From NCBI GenBank assembly GCA_030647775.1, contig JAUSJC010000007.1:50038-114037 (forward strand): DNA of 64,000 bases, read 5' to 3'. The position numbers and the translations under genes are program-made. Positions 17,957 to 26,641 of the stretch are shown here, piece by piece (the stretch's first letter is position 1; each line of letters starts with the position of its first letter). The notes below the pieces were generated by a model. That model did no database searches and was not told the DNA's origin. It was given only the letters and a program-made list of their open reading frames with translations. The stretch is from Candidatus Curtissbacteria bacterium. Lineage in GTDB: Bacteria; Patescibacteriota; Microgenomatia; Curtissbacterales; GWA2-41-24.

Positions 17957-18785
17957 TTTCGAGCGCTTGGATATCGTCGGCAGTTGGAATGATTTGCTGA
18001 TTGGTATTGGCGTGCATGATGGACTTTTTGTTTTGCAGGTGGCCGAGACCAATAGCATGGCCAAGTTCATGGGCGATGGTGTGCACCAGCTCCTTTTTGT
18101 TGACGTTGAAGTAAATTTCGATTTTACTAGTGTTTGGGTCGTAGATTCCCTCTTCCGGTTTGACGGCAAGTTCTTGGTTAAAAGTATTAATAGTCCGGTT
18201 TAATTGGTTAACATTGGTGTTAAAGAGCTGGGCTGATTGGTTTAGAGACTCCGCCATTTTATTTAAGCGGTCGGCATCAGCTTTTAGGTCTTCCTGCTGT
18301 TTTAATAATTTTTCGTATTCGTCTTTCGGCGCCCCGCCTTTAGAATTCCAATAGTCTATTTGATAATTCAGGTCGGCAAGTTTTACCTTAAAGTCGGCCG
18401 ATTCTTTTTCATACTGGGTAAGACTGGGTTTAAGAGTGCTTTCCTGGCTCTGGACTTGGCCTTGAAGGTTCGTTATTTGTTTATTTAAAGATTGCCTCTG
18501 GTCATAAACAAGGCTGATCGTCAGTTTACCCCGGGGGTCATAGGCAAAAAGGTCTTTACCCTGCACACTCTCCCAAATTTCTGCGGCTTCTTCAACATTC
18601 CGGGTGAATTCGTCACGGCTTAAATTAAACCTGTTATCTACGGCATCAATCCGGAATTGGATAGGTTTGTCGCAGGGCGAAAAATATAGGAATTTTGTCC
18701 TGTCGGAATACGGAAGGCTGACTACTCTTAAGAAAATGGCGGCAATGGCAACTAAAATTGTCAGCTGCAACAGGACTTTTTTCAT
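17865..18785 (-). CDS. matrixin-family metalloprotease with coiled-coil insert
   Basis: AHELGHAIGLGH and SIM Met-turn; N-terminal TM. Confidence 0.9.
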   Translation of the reverse strand: MKKVLLQLTILVAIAAIFLRVVSLPYSDRTKFLYFSPCDKPIQFRIDAVDNRFNLSRDEFTRNVEEAAEIWESVQGKDLFAYDPRGKLTISLVYDQRQSLNKQITNLQGQVQSQESTLKPSLTQYEKESADFKVKLADLNYQIDYWNSKGGAPKDEYEKLLKQQEDLKADADRLNKMAESLNQSAQLFNTNVNQLNRTINTFNQELAVKPEEGIYDPNTSKIEIYFNVNKKELVHTIAHELGHAIGLGHLQNKKSIMHANTNQQIIPTADDIQALETICQNRSYFDLYMQRLNFVISQLQKNLGIR

Positions 18786-18851
18786 CTGTAAGAATTTTAA
18801 AGGAATAGTTTGTACTTGGCAATTGGTTAGCCGCTCATTTAAACTTGAAGA

Positions 18852-19622
18852 ATGAGACTCAAGTTTCTGCAGGTCAATATTTTCAGGGGAAAGTTTTTAG
18901 GCTCGCTTTTAGATTTTATAGAAAAGGTAGACCCGGATATTATTACGATGCAGGAGGTTTCTTGCGGGGAGATAAATTTATATGAGGACAAAAAAGCTGA
19001 CCTTTTCGAACTTATAAAGGGAAAAACAGGATATGACGGAGTTTTCCATTCGGATACAAGCCTTTCAGGCAGTCCTTTTTCGCGATTTGGAAATGGGGTT
19101 TTTAGCAAATGGCCTATTAACAGTTCAGCAGTTGTACCTCTAGCAACTTATGGATCTTTGACTTTAGATGAGTTTAATAATAACAAGGGTGACGTTTGGG
19201 CAAGACTATCCCGCCATATGTTGGACGCGGAAATTGAAATAGAAGGGAAGGCTGTGCATGCAATTTCGATCCATGGTAGAAGAATTGCGCCGCCGCTAGA
19301 TGACCCGGAGAATATTCGTCAGGCGCATGTGATGGCAAACCATTTAAAATCCTTTGGTGATAAGCCGTTTATTGTCGGAGGGGATTTTAATATGCCTCCG
19401 GGAACTGAAGTTATAAAAATTGTTTCGTCTGTTGCTAGTAACTTAATGGCCGACTGCGGGGTAAAACAGACCTTAAACCCGCAGGAACATGAGCTCGGGG
19501 AAAAAGGTTACTTGGTTGATTTTATCTTTACCTCGAAGCATTTTAAGAAGATTTCTTTGGAGGTACCGCAAGTGACGGTTTCGGACCATTTGCCGGTTGT
19601 GGCAGAGTTGGAAATGCTTTGA
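18852..19622 (+). CDS. endonuclease/exonuclease/phosphatase family protein
   Basis: PDIITMQEV, VGGDFN, VDFIF, SDHLPV motifs. Confidence 0.92.
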   Translation: MRLKFLQVNIFRGKFLGSLLDFIEKVDPDIITMQEVSCGEINLYEDKKADLFELIKGKTGYDGVFHSDTSLSGSPFSRFGNGVFSKWPINSSAVVPLATYGSLTLDEFNNNKGDVWARLSRHMLDAEIEIEGKAVHAISIHGRRIAPPLDDPENIRQAHVMANHLKSFGDKPFIVGGDFNMPPGTEVIKIVSSVASNLMADCGVKQTLNPQEHELGEKGYLVDFIFTSKHFKKISLEVPQVTVSDHLPVVAELEML

Positions 19623-19652
19623 TAAAATACTCTCCTGATTTATAATTGTTTT

Positions 19653-19724
19653 GCGGGGTGTGGTTCAATATACAGTGCCATGCGGTTCTCGTTCTGCAAT
19701 GCAGAACTGTGGGCCTAGGTAGAA
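19653..19724 (+). pseudogene. tRNA-Gly-like 5' fragment interrupted in the D-loop by a 48-bp ATACAGTGCCATGCG...GGGCCTA element
   Basis: GCGGGGTGTGGTTCAAT[19670-19717]GGTAGAA compared with GCGGGTGTAGTTCAATGGTAGAA at 19779. Confidence 0.75.
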
Positions 19725-19725
19725 T

Positions 19726-19903
19726 GCGGGATTAGTTGATCGGCTCAACATTCGCTTTCCCCGCCTGCCAGAGCCTATGCGGGTGTAGTTCAATGGTAGA
19801 ACACCAGTTTTCCAAACTGGATACGGCAGTTCGATTCTGCTCACCCGCTCAGCATTGGCGGGCAGGCAAGCGAAAAAGAGGGGTTCGACTCCCCTATCCC
19901 GCT
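19726..19903 (+). tRNA. outer tRNA-Gly(TCC) split in the anticodon loop by a 107-bp insert (19760-19866)
   Basis: removing the insert restores GCGGGAT/ATCCCGC acceptor, TTCGC-TTTCCAA-GCGAA anticodon arm and AGGGG-TTCGACT-CCCCT T arm. Confidence 0.75.
19779..19849 (+). tRNA. tRNA-Gly(TCC), intact, nested inside the insert
   Basis: GCGGGTG/CACCCGC acceptor, CCAGT-TTTCCAA-ACTGG. Confidence 0.93.
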
Positions 19904-19961
19904 CCCGTCTTTCGCCGTCCGTCGCCTTTGGCTAAGGACGGCTACAGACGGTAGCTTATTG

Positions 19962-20201
19962 ATGTACTACGTTTATATACTTCAGAGTTCAAAATCTGGA
20001 ATTTTTTACTACGGTTATACGACCGATTTAAAGAAGAGATTTAAAGAACATAACGAAAGCAAGTCTAAATTCACGAGCGGTCATATACCCTGGAAGCTTG
20101 TTTTCTACTGTGCATTTATTGATAAGAAAAAGGCAAAAGATTTTGAACTTTATCTAAAATCAGGATCTGGCAAGGCGTTTGCCTATAAGAGATTAGTTTA
20201 A
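19962..20201 (+). CDS. standalone GIY-YIG nuclease
   Basis: MYYVYILQS...YYGYTTDLKKRFKEHN...FELYLKSGSG. Confidence 0.93.
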   Translation: MYYVYILQSSKSGIFYYGYTTDLKKRFKEHNESKSKFTSGHIPWKLVFYCAFIDKKKAKDFELYLKSGSGKAFAYKRLV

Positions 20202-20305
20202 GTAGCTTTAGTGAAAGACGTAAGTGGTGATGAAAAAGGTGTTCCGAAACTGTCCGACGCTTAAGCTATGGACAGTGAAGGACACCCTTCACCCGCTCCA
20301 AACGC

Positions 20306-21526
20306 TTATTTATTTCTAAGAGGTAGTTCAACAGTAAAACTTGCGCCCTTAACTGGGACGCTAGAGACTTTAATTCTCCCGCCGTGTATTTTAACTATTT
20401 GTGAGGTAATGAAAAGACCCACACCCAAACCCTTTTTATATTCACCTGGCCCCGATGCTCTTTTAAAAAGATCAAAAATTACCTTCTGTTCAGAAGTTGG
20501 AATTCCTATACCCTGATCTTTAATAATAAATTTGGCCTGATTTCCACTTTTGAAAATACTAATCTCAATTGGTTTACCGTTTCCATATTTTGTGGCATTG
20601 GAGACAAGATTGGTAATTGCTTGTTCTATTCTTACTTTATCCCATTTCCCAACAACAGGAGTACTAGCATTAATTTTTATTTTGTATTTTTTCCTCTTTA
20701 GCATCTCGGAAAAACTCTGGGTTACTTGGTTGGTAATAGTTACCAGGTCGGTATCTTCAGGCTGTAAATTCATCCTCCCTGTTGTAATAAGTGAAACATC
20801 AAGCAAATCGTTAATCATTGATTTCAGCCATTCTATTTGCTGCTCCGAATTTTTTAGAACTTTCATTAATTTGGAAACTGAAAAATTCGCCAAAGAGGCG
20901 CTTCGTATGTTATTTAACTCGCCGTGAAGCTTTAAAAGCATTACAGTAAGGGGCGTTTTTAACTCGTGTGAAACTATAGAAAGAAATTCGTCTCTTGCTT
21001 GAATGTTCTGGAGGGCTATTGTGTGTTCATCGTGTAACTTTATAAAAGTACGTGCATACATTTTTTCTCGCTCCTTCAATTTTTTTACTTCACCGTCTTC
21101 TTTAATCAGATATACCAAAATACTGATAATAATTGCTCCAGCAATAAAAGAAGCAAGTTGGATATACAACGTTATATCCAAGCTGGTATTGTAAAAACCT
21201 CTAAAAAGAAGGTAGGCTTCAAGCGAAATAATTCCTGTAGTAAAGAGAGCGGATTTTAAACCACCCAAAATTGCACTGAAGGCTACGATTATTAGGAAAA
21301 GAAGGTAAAAAGGTGTTTTGTCTGGATACGCCTTTAATAAATCAACTGAAAAAAATATAAGTATTCCAAAAAGTATGTTAAGCCCCAAGGCAGTAATGTA
21401 CTCTAAGAGTTTTTGTGGAGATAATGGAATCGCTACTTTACCCAGTAATTTGTATGAGCGGTGTTTTTTTGAGTAATTATAAACTCGTTTATATAGTTTC
21501 TTTTTAGAATACTGAGTATTTGCCAT
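20306..21526 (-). CDS. membrane sensor histidine kinase
   Basis: SHELKTPL H-box, NLVSNATKY, DQGIGI, GLGVGL. Confidence 0.95.
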   Translation of the reverse strand: MANTQYSKKKLYKRVYNYSKKHRSYKLLGKVAIPLSPQKLLEYITALGLNILFGILIFFSVDLLKAYPDKTPFYLLFLIIVAFSAILGGLKSALFTTGIISLEAYLLFRGFYNTSLDITLYIQLASFIAGAIIISILVYLIKEDGEVKKLKEREKMYARTFIKLHDEHTIALQNIQARDEFLSIVSHELKTPLTVMLLKLHGELNNIRSASLANFSVSKLMKVLKNSEQQIEWLKSMINDLLDVSLITTGRMNLQPEDTDLVTITNQVTQSFSEMLKRKKYKIKINASTPVVGKWDKVRIEQAITNLVSNATKYGNGKPIEISIFKSGNQAKFIIKDQGIGIPTSEQKVIFDLFKRASGPGEYKKGLGVGLFITSQIVKIHGGRIKVSSVPVKGASFTVELPLRNK

Positions 21527-21608
21527 TTATGTATGACGAATATATCATGCCTTGTTTTAATAATACAAAGTATTAAGACGCTTACTTCAAATAGGTAGTA
21601 TAATTTCG

Positions 21609-22559
21609 GTGGTGCAAAAAACTATCCTTATTGTTGAAGATGATGATGACATCCGCGACTTTCTAAAAAAAGTCCTGGTAGCTAATAACTACAAAGTAGC
21701 AGAGGCAGCTGATGGGGCTGAGGCCCTGGAGGCTGTAGAAAAATACTTTCCAGATTTAGTACTTCTTGATTTTGGGCTACCCAAAGTTTCAGGAGAAACG
21801 GTTTGTGTAAAAATCAAAAAGGACCACCCGGAGATTATTGTTATTGCTCTAACTGAAAAAGCCAAAAGCGCTGATGTTGTGCACGGCTTACAAATAGGTG
21901 CGGATGATTATATTAGTAAGCCTTTTGTTGCCGAGGAAGTGGTAGCAAGGATAGATGCGAGGTTTAAAGCAGTTGTAAATGGGCAGGCGATACCTAAGGA
22001 AAAACCTGACCGCAATGCTTCGACAAGCGTGCCGGGCGGGAAAGAGCCGAAGATAGGGAAAATAATAATTAGAGAAAGTATTGTCCTAGTTATTATCCGG
22101 CTAATTTTTACAGAGGCTGTTTTCGGATTGTCGCTTTTTCTTCTTAGCATTTTATATTCTTACCTGAGTACATATTTAAATACTACTTACCTCTCAGGCC
22201 TGTACTCTCTAGTTTTAGCAGTAGGGGTTTTAATAAATATTGCAATAGTAATCTTAATTACTTTAAAACGGAACTCGGAATATACTGAAGTCTCTAAAGA
22301 TGGAGTTACAAAGCATAGCGGAATCCTGCAGAGGAAAGAGCAAACATACGCCTGTAATTTTGTTGAGGGAGCTAAACTTAGACAGTCTTTTTTGGGTTTA
22401 CTTTTTAATTACGGGACAATTGAATTATATGATCCAGCGTTGAAAGAGCAAGTTTACTTATTAAGTATAGCAAACCCCAAAAAATATAGTAAAACTATAC
22501 AAAATATTCTTTCAAAAGAAAAAGATCAACCCATACCGTTTATAGCCCCGGCGGGGTAA
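21609..22559 (+). CDS. response regulator receiver fused to 2 TMs and a bPH-like domain
   Basis: ILIVEDD, LLDFGLP, GADDYISKPF; C-terminal QSFLGLLFNYGTIEL. Confidence 0.85.
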   Translation: MVQKTILIVEDDDDIRDFLKKVLVANNYKVAEAADGAEALEAVEKYFPDLVLLDFGLPKVSGETVCVKIKKDHPEIIVIALTEKAKSADVVHGLQIGADDYISKPFVAEEVVARIDARFKAVVNGQAIPKEKPDRNASTSVPGGKEPKIGKIIIRESIVLVIIRLIFTEAVFGLSLFLLSILYSYLSTYLNTTYLSGLYSLVLAVGVLINIAIVILITLKRNSEYTEVSKDGVTKHSGILQRKEQTYACNFVEGAKLRQSFLGLLFNYGTIELYDPALKEQVYLLSIANPKKYSKTIQNILSKEKDQPIPFIAPAG

Positions 22560-22731
22560 GGGGGAATGACAACATTGGCGGTGGCTATCGGACGGTTTAT
22601 TTTGCCTCTCCTGGGCTTGATAAGCCCCCATTAATTTTCTAAAATGGGCTATAATCTGCATGAAGAAGCGGGGTTCGGAATAAGCATATCTTGCGATTCT
22701 AAGAATCTAAATTTGCGTCTCCCGCTCCAGC

Positions 22732-22834
22732 GCCCGCGTAGCTCAACGGATAGAGCAGTCGCGTTCTAAGCGATTGTGGGGGTACGCTTTTTCGCGTAGC
22801 GAAAAACTCGAGAAGTCAGATCCCTCCGCGGGCA
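22732..22834 (+). pseudogene. tRNA-Arg(TCT) interrupted in the T-loop by a ~33-bp hairpin element
   Basis: GCCCGCG/CGCGGGC acceptor, loop GTTCTAA, insert containing TTTTTCGCGTAGCGAAAAACTCGAGAAGT. Confidence 0.8.
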
Positions 22835-23011
22835 CAGGAAATTATGGCGTGTAGCGGAAGGATTGGGCTCTGCCCGATGCCTACCCACCCCGACTTTTCG
22901 CGCGCTAAATTCCAAAAGTACCGGGTGCAGGCAAGCGGAGCTGTACCAAAAAAATCCGAAGTGCTATTGCCCTGAGTTTATCGAATGGGCTAAAATTAGC
23001 CAACTTAGACG

Positions 23012-23266
23012 ATGAAAATTATTTATACACAACATTCGGAAGAAAAACTTAAACGGAGAGATATTAAGAAGTTCAAAATTAATAAAAAACTAATTAAATC
23101 AATTTTAAAAGATCCTCAAATTAAATCCAAAACAAAGTATGGTGATAGCTGCGCCCTGTCAGCTATCAATGGTGACCACGACATAAGAATTATCTATGAT
23201 ATAATAAGTAAAGATAATTCTAAGGTTATAACCTTTCATATCTCTAAAAGAGGCAGGTACGGATGA
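23012..23266 (+). CDS. putative RelE-like/DUF4258 toxin
   Basis: IIYTQHSEEKLKRR...IRIIYD...KVITFH pattern; ATGA overlap with the next gene. Confidence 0.7.
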   Translation: MKIIYTQHSEEKLKRRDIKKFKINKKLIKSILKDPQIKSKTKYGDSCALSAINGDHDIRIIYDIISKDNSKVITFHISKRGRYG

Positions 23267-23475
23267 AATTAAAATATTACAAAAAAGACGACATTTTGGT
23301 TATGAATTTTTCCTCAAAAGCTGTTGAGGATTCGTATGAAGTGGAAAGCGCGATTTTAGAAGTCGATAAAGAGAACAATCCTGTATCACTAGAAATTCTG
23401 CATGCTTCCAACTTTTTTAATACAGCCTCCAAAGAACTTCCAATCGGAATCAAGCAAAAATTTTTCTCAGCCTAA
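23263..23475 (+). CDS. DUF2283-family putative antitoxin
   Basis: YYKKDDILVM...VDKENNPVSLEILHAS pattern. Confidence 0.8.
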   Translation: MKLKYYKKDDILVMNFSSKAVEDSYEVESAILEVDKENNPVSLEILHASNFFNTASKELPIGIKQKFFSA

Positions 23476-23687
23476 CTCCTTGCGCTTTCGCACATATCAT
23501 CACAAACTGTGATGATATGGATTAAATACAATCGTAAAAGGTCACCATATATTTTTGCGCTGAGGATTCCCAAAACGCGCCAAAGTACCGGGCGCAGGCA
23601 AGCGGCCCTATCCCCAAAAAATCCGAAGTGCTATTGCCCTGAGTTTATCGAATGGGCTAAAATTAGCTCGTTTAAATTTATATGTAA

Positions 23688-25886
23688 ATGGCACAACAAT
23701 ACCTTGAATTAAAAACAAGCGAAGGCTCTGTAAGAAAATATCCAAACGTCATGTGGTTTCCTCGTTCCAAGACTGACCCCCAAGAAATAAGAGAGGTGCT
23801 TAAACTTGCCTTAAAAATACAAGACGAAAATTCTGATAAATATTTCAATGATAAATTATTGGGTGAACACATGGCACGAATAGGATCAATTAATGTCCTG
23901 GGGATGAAAGGGGAAGATTATATAAAATCGTACCAAGGAAAAAGTATTGGAGACGTTTCTTATATAACCAATGCTCGCATGTTGATGCGACTTTTTAGAT
24001 TCCTTGGTCTTGCCACTAGACTTGAAAGGGGGAAATACGCAATTACTGTACTTGGTAGAACCTATGTAAAATTTAATGGGGACTTCCCTTCTCAGCTAAA
24101 TGGGGAAAATGAAGAACAGATACTGCTACAATTACTCGCAAACTTTGCATTTTACTGCGTTAACGACGACAGCAAGTACAGAGATTCGTCTTTTCAAGTT
24201 AGGCCTTTCATTTGGCTACTCAACACATTAGCTATTGAGCCGCAATGCATTATTCAACTTATCGTAACCGCTTATGCTTCCAAAAGTGAAGGTTTTAATG
24301 AAATTAAAAGGATTAAAAATATTTTAAGTAATCTCAAATCAGGGAAAAGCACCCTTAAAGACGAGTTCACAAATCTAGGGCTGAATCCTAACGACTATAG
24401 CTGCGTTCATAATTTTTACGATAGTGCAAAGATATTAGTTTACTTGGGAATAAGCTTGGGGCTAGTAAAAAAAACCAAAAGCCCTACATATGGAAGAAAA
24501 ATTGCGGGAAACGCTAAGTATCTTAAAAACGCGTCTGCTTTTTACAATCTTACCGTAAAGGGCGAGAAGTATTTAGAAGAAAATATTCAGAAAAAACTCA
24601 TTTATTACTCCGACTTATACAAGGTACTAGGAAACAAAGACGTCCTTCAGTGCTCCTTTATATTAGCGGTGCTCAACACTTCAATCGGCGCTAAGAAAAT
24701 TGAGTCCATAAATATTAATTTTTTCAAAAAAATCTTGGGAAACAAATGGGAAAAATATACAAACTCTCTTAGAAAAAACCTGCAAATTGAAATAGAAATA
24801 AAAGATGGAAAAGTTGCTCTAAAAGATCGGATTTCATTCAACTTTTTCCAAAGCATGCCCCCCGAGTTTTTATACGATGAACCTATGAAAAATTGGTACA
24901 CTGTATTCATGGAGGAATTTAGTGACAAAAAATCTAAGTTATTAAATACAACCACATCAAAAATGGAAGAGCAATTTTCGGGAGAAATAACATCCAAATT
25001 TATACTAGACAAAGATAAAAATCTTGCATACGAAGTTCCTTCACTCACTCTCAAAGAAGCACAAGATTACATAAAGTACGAATACATGGACAATATTTTT
25101 GGGGGTCAAGATAGATATGCTAGTAGGATTTCTCCAACAAATTCAGTAATTCTAGTGGGTGATAAGGTTCATGTAGACAATGTCATTGACGCTCTTGACT
25201 TATTAATTCCGCTTAGACATCCAGACGAAAGGTTAAGAAAATTTATCGATGCCAACATTTCTCAGTTGCTAAAAACCTTTTTGTCCAGATCTGATACATG
25301 GGCAAAGGATCAACATTACGCATGGGTAAGAAACTGCTTTAGACTTTTTGGGGCTACGGCAATTTACTCCGGTTCTAGCGGCATGCTTTCTAGAGCAGAC
25401 ATTAGCATCATTGATCCATTTCTTGGTGGCGTTGAAGCAAAAAGCCCTAGTGAGAACAGGGGCAGTATAAACACAAAAGCAATTAGACAAGCACTCGATG
25501 CTAAAGTTCAGGTTGTAGATTTATATCCCGAAAAGAAAGGCATTCCAAAAATTGCGATAGCAATCGGAAGAAGAATTACTCCATTAGCAATTGCAGAAGA
25601 AAAGAAATGGCGATCAGGAGAAAATCAACCAGTACTTCTAATAACTGATGTAGTTCTTTACTATTTAACACTTAAGTCACTTGATATTCCCTTTGACGAC
25701 AAAGATTTAATTAGACTTTTTACCCAAAATGTAGGACTGCTCGATACGAAATCTTTGAGTGTATCCCTTGAAGAAATAATGAATAACAAAAAAATAGATA
25801 GTCAGGTTAAAGAGAAAATTAGAGAGGAGCTCAATAACTTAGGGGGATTGGTAAGTGGCTCGATTGAGGGAGCAATCGAGGAGTAA
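23688..25886 (+). CDS. putative restriction endonuclease (type IIS/AlwI-like)
   Basis: winged-helix-like segments (FLGLAT...ITVLG; LGLV...LTVKGE), C-terminal ADIS...VEAK PD-(D/E)xK-like motif, convergent with two MTases. Confidence 0.65.
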   Translation: MAQQYLELKTSEGSVRKYPNVMWFPRSKTDPQEIREVLKLALKIQDENSDKYFNDKLLGEHMARIGSINVLGMKGEDYIKSYQGKSIGDVSYITNARMLMRLFRFLGLATRLERGKYAITVLGRTYVKFNGDFPSQLNGENEEQILLQLLANFAFYCVNDDSKYRDSSFQVRPFIWLLNTLAIEPQCIIQLIVTAYASKSEGFNEIKRIKNILSNLKSGKSTLKDEFTNLGLNPNDYSCVHNFYDSAKILVYLGISLGLVKKTKSPTYGRKIAGNAKYLKNASAFYNLTVKGEKYLEENIQKKLIYYSDLYKVLGNKDVLQCSFILAVLNTSIGAKKIESININFFKKILGNKWEKYTNSLRKNLQIEIEIKDGKVALKDRISFNFFQSMPPEFLYDEPMKNWYTVFMEEFSDKKSKLLNTTTSKMEEQFSGEITSKFILDKDKNLAYEVPSLTLKEAQDYIKYEYMDNIFGGQDRYASRISPTNSVILVGDKVHVDNVIDALDLLIPLRHPDERLRKFIDANISQLLKTFLSRSDTWAKDQHYAWVRNCFRLFGATAIYSGSSGMLSRADISIIDPFLGGVEAKSPSENRGSINTKAIRQALDAKVQVVDLYPEKKGIPKIAIAIGRRITPLAIAEEKKWRSGENQPVLLITDVVLYYLTLKSLDIPFDDKDLIRLFTQNVGLLDTKSLSVSLEEIMNNKKIDSQVKEKIREELNNLGGLVSGSIEGAIEE

Positions 25887-26640
25887 TTTCATTTAATCTT
25901 TTCTCCGCCATTTCTACATATTTAGGATTTAATTCAAAACCAATATATTTTCGATCATTCATTCTTGCACTTACGCATTCACTCCCTGACCCCACGAATG
26001 GCATCAACAATGTGTCTCCCTGATTTGAAAAATGGTTGATGATTTTATGACATATGGCTAACGGTTTTTGCGTAGGATGATCAACTTTCTCGTTAGCAAA
26101 TCTTTTACCCGCTAACGTAGGAATTTCCCATATATCTCCACCATGCTTTCCTTCAGGATGTGGCGTCCAGACCTTACCATTTTTTATAATTTTATTCCTT
26201 AATCTCTCCGTACTTTTATAAGGTTCCCTAATCGTATGGTAAGTGTAATCTTTACCTTTATAAAACCATAATAGAGGTTCGTAAGCGGCTGCAGGCGCGC
26301 GTCTATACATTGAAAAGTTATTTTCATAATGCCAAATAAATAATCTCCCATAGAATAACCCTATATCGTATAAGTATGCCTGAATGTACCCAATATTATG
26401 ATGAATACCATATACAAAAAGAGAACCATTTGGCTTTAGGACTCGCTTTGATTCCTTTAGCCATTTTTTCATCCACTTAAACCATTCTTCATGATTCTTG
26501 AGATTCCATTTTTCACCATTTCCAAAATCTTTTTCTATTCCATATGGAGGATCTGCAATAATTAGGTTAATTGATTCATTGTCAATTTTTTTATATAAAT
26601 CAAGACAATCACCGGTATAAATTTTATTTAAATTAAACAT
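25831..26640 (-). CDS. DNA methyltransferase, beta class (N6A/N4C)
   Basis: DPPY precedes HPTQKP and PFVGSGS. Confidence 0.93.
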   Translation of the reverse strand: MFNLNKIYTGDCLDLYKKIDNESINLIIADPPYGIEKDFGNGEKWNLKNHEEWFKWMKKWLKESKRVLKPNGSLFVYGIHHNIGYIQAYLYDIGLFYGRLFIWHYENNFSMYRRAPAAAYEPLLWFYKGKDYTYHTIREPYKSTERLRNKIIKNGKVWTPHPEGKHGGDIWEIPTLAGKRFANEKVDHPTQKPLAICHKIINHFSNQGDTLLMPFVGSGSECVSARMNDRKYIGFELNPKYVEMAEKRLNEITPRLLPQSSHLPIPLSY

Positions 26641-26641
26641 G

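Larger units (their letters stand above)
22915..23667 (+). repeat. 86-bp direct repeat (22915-23000 and 23582-23667) flanking a TA pair
   Basis: last ~52 bp identical, ending TTGCCCTGAGTTTATCGAATGGGCTAAAATTAGC. Confidence 0.9.

Noticed and set aside
22668-22729. Intact tRNA-Gly
   Set aside because: Only a T-arm start and acceptor 3' strand are recognisable; no cloverleaf.
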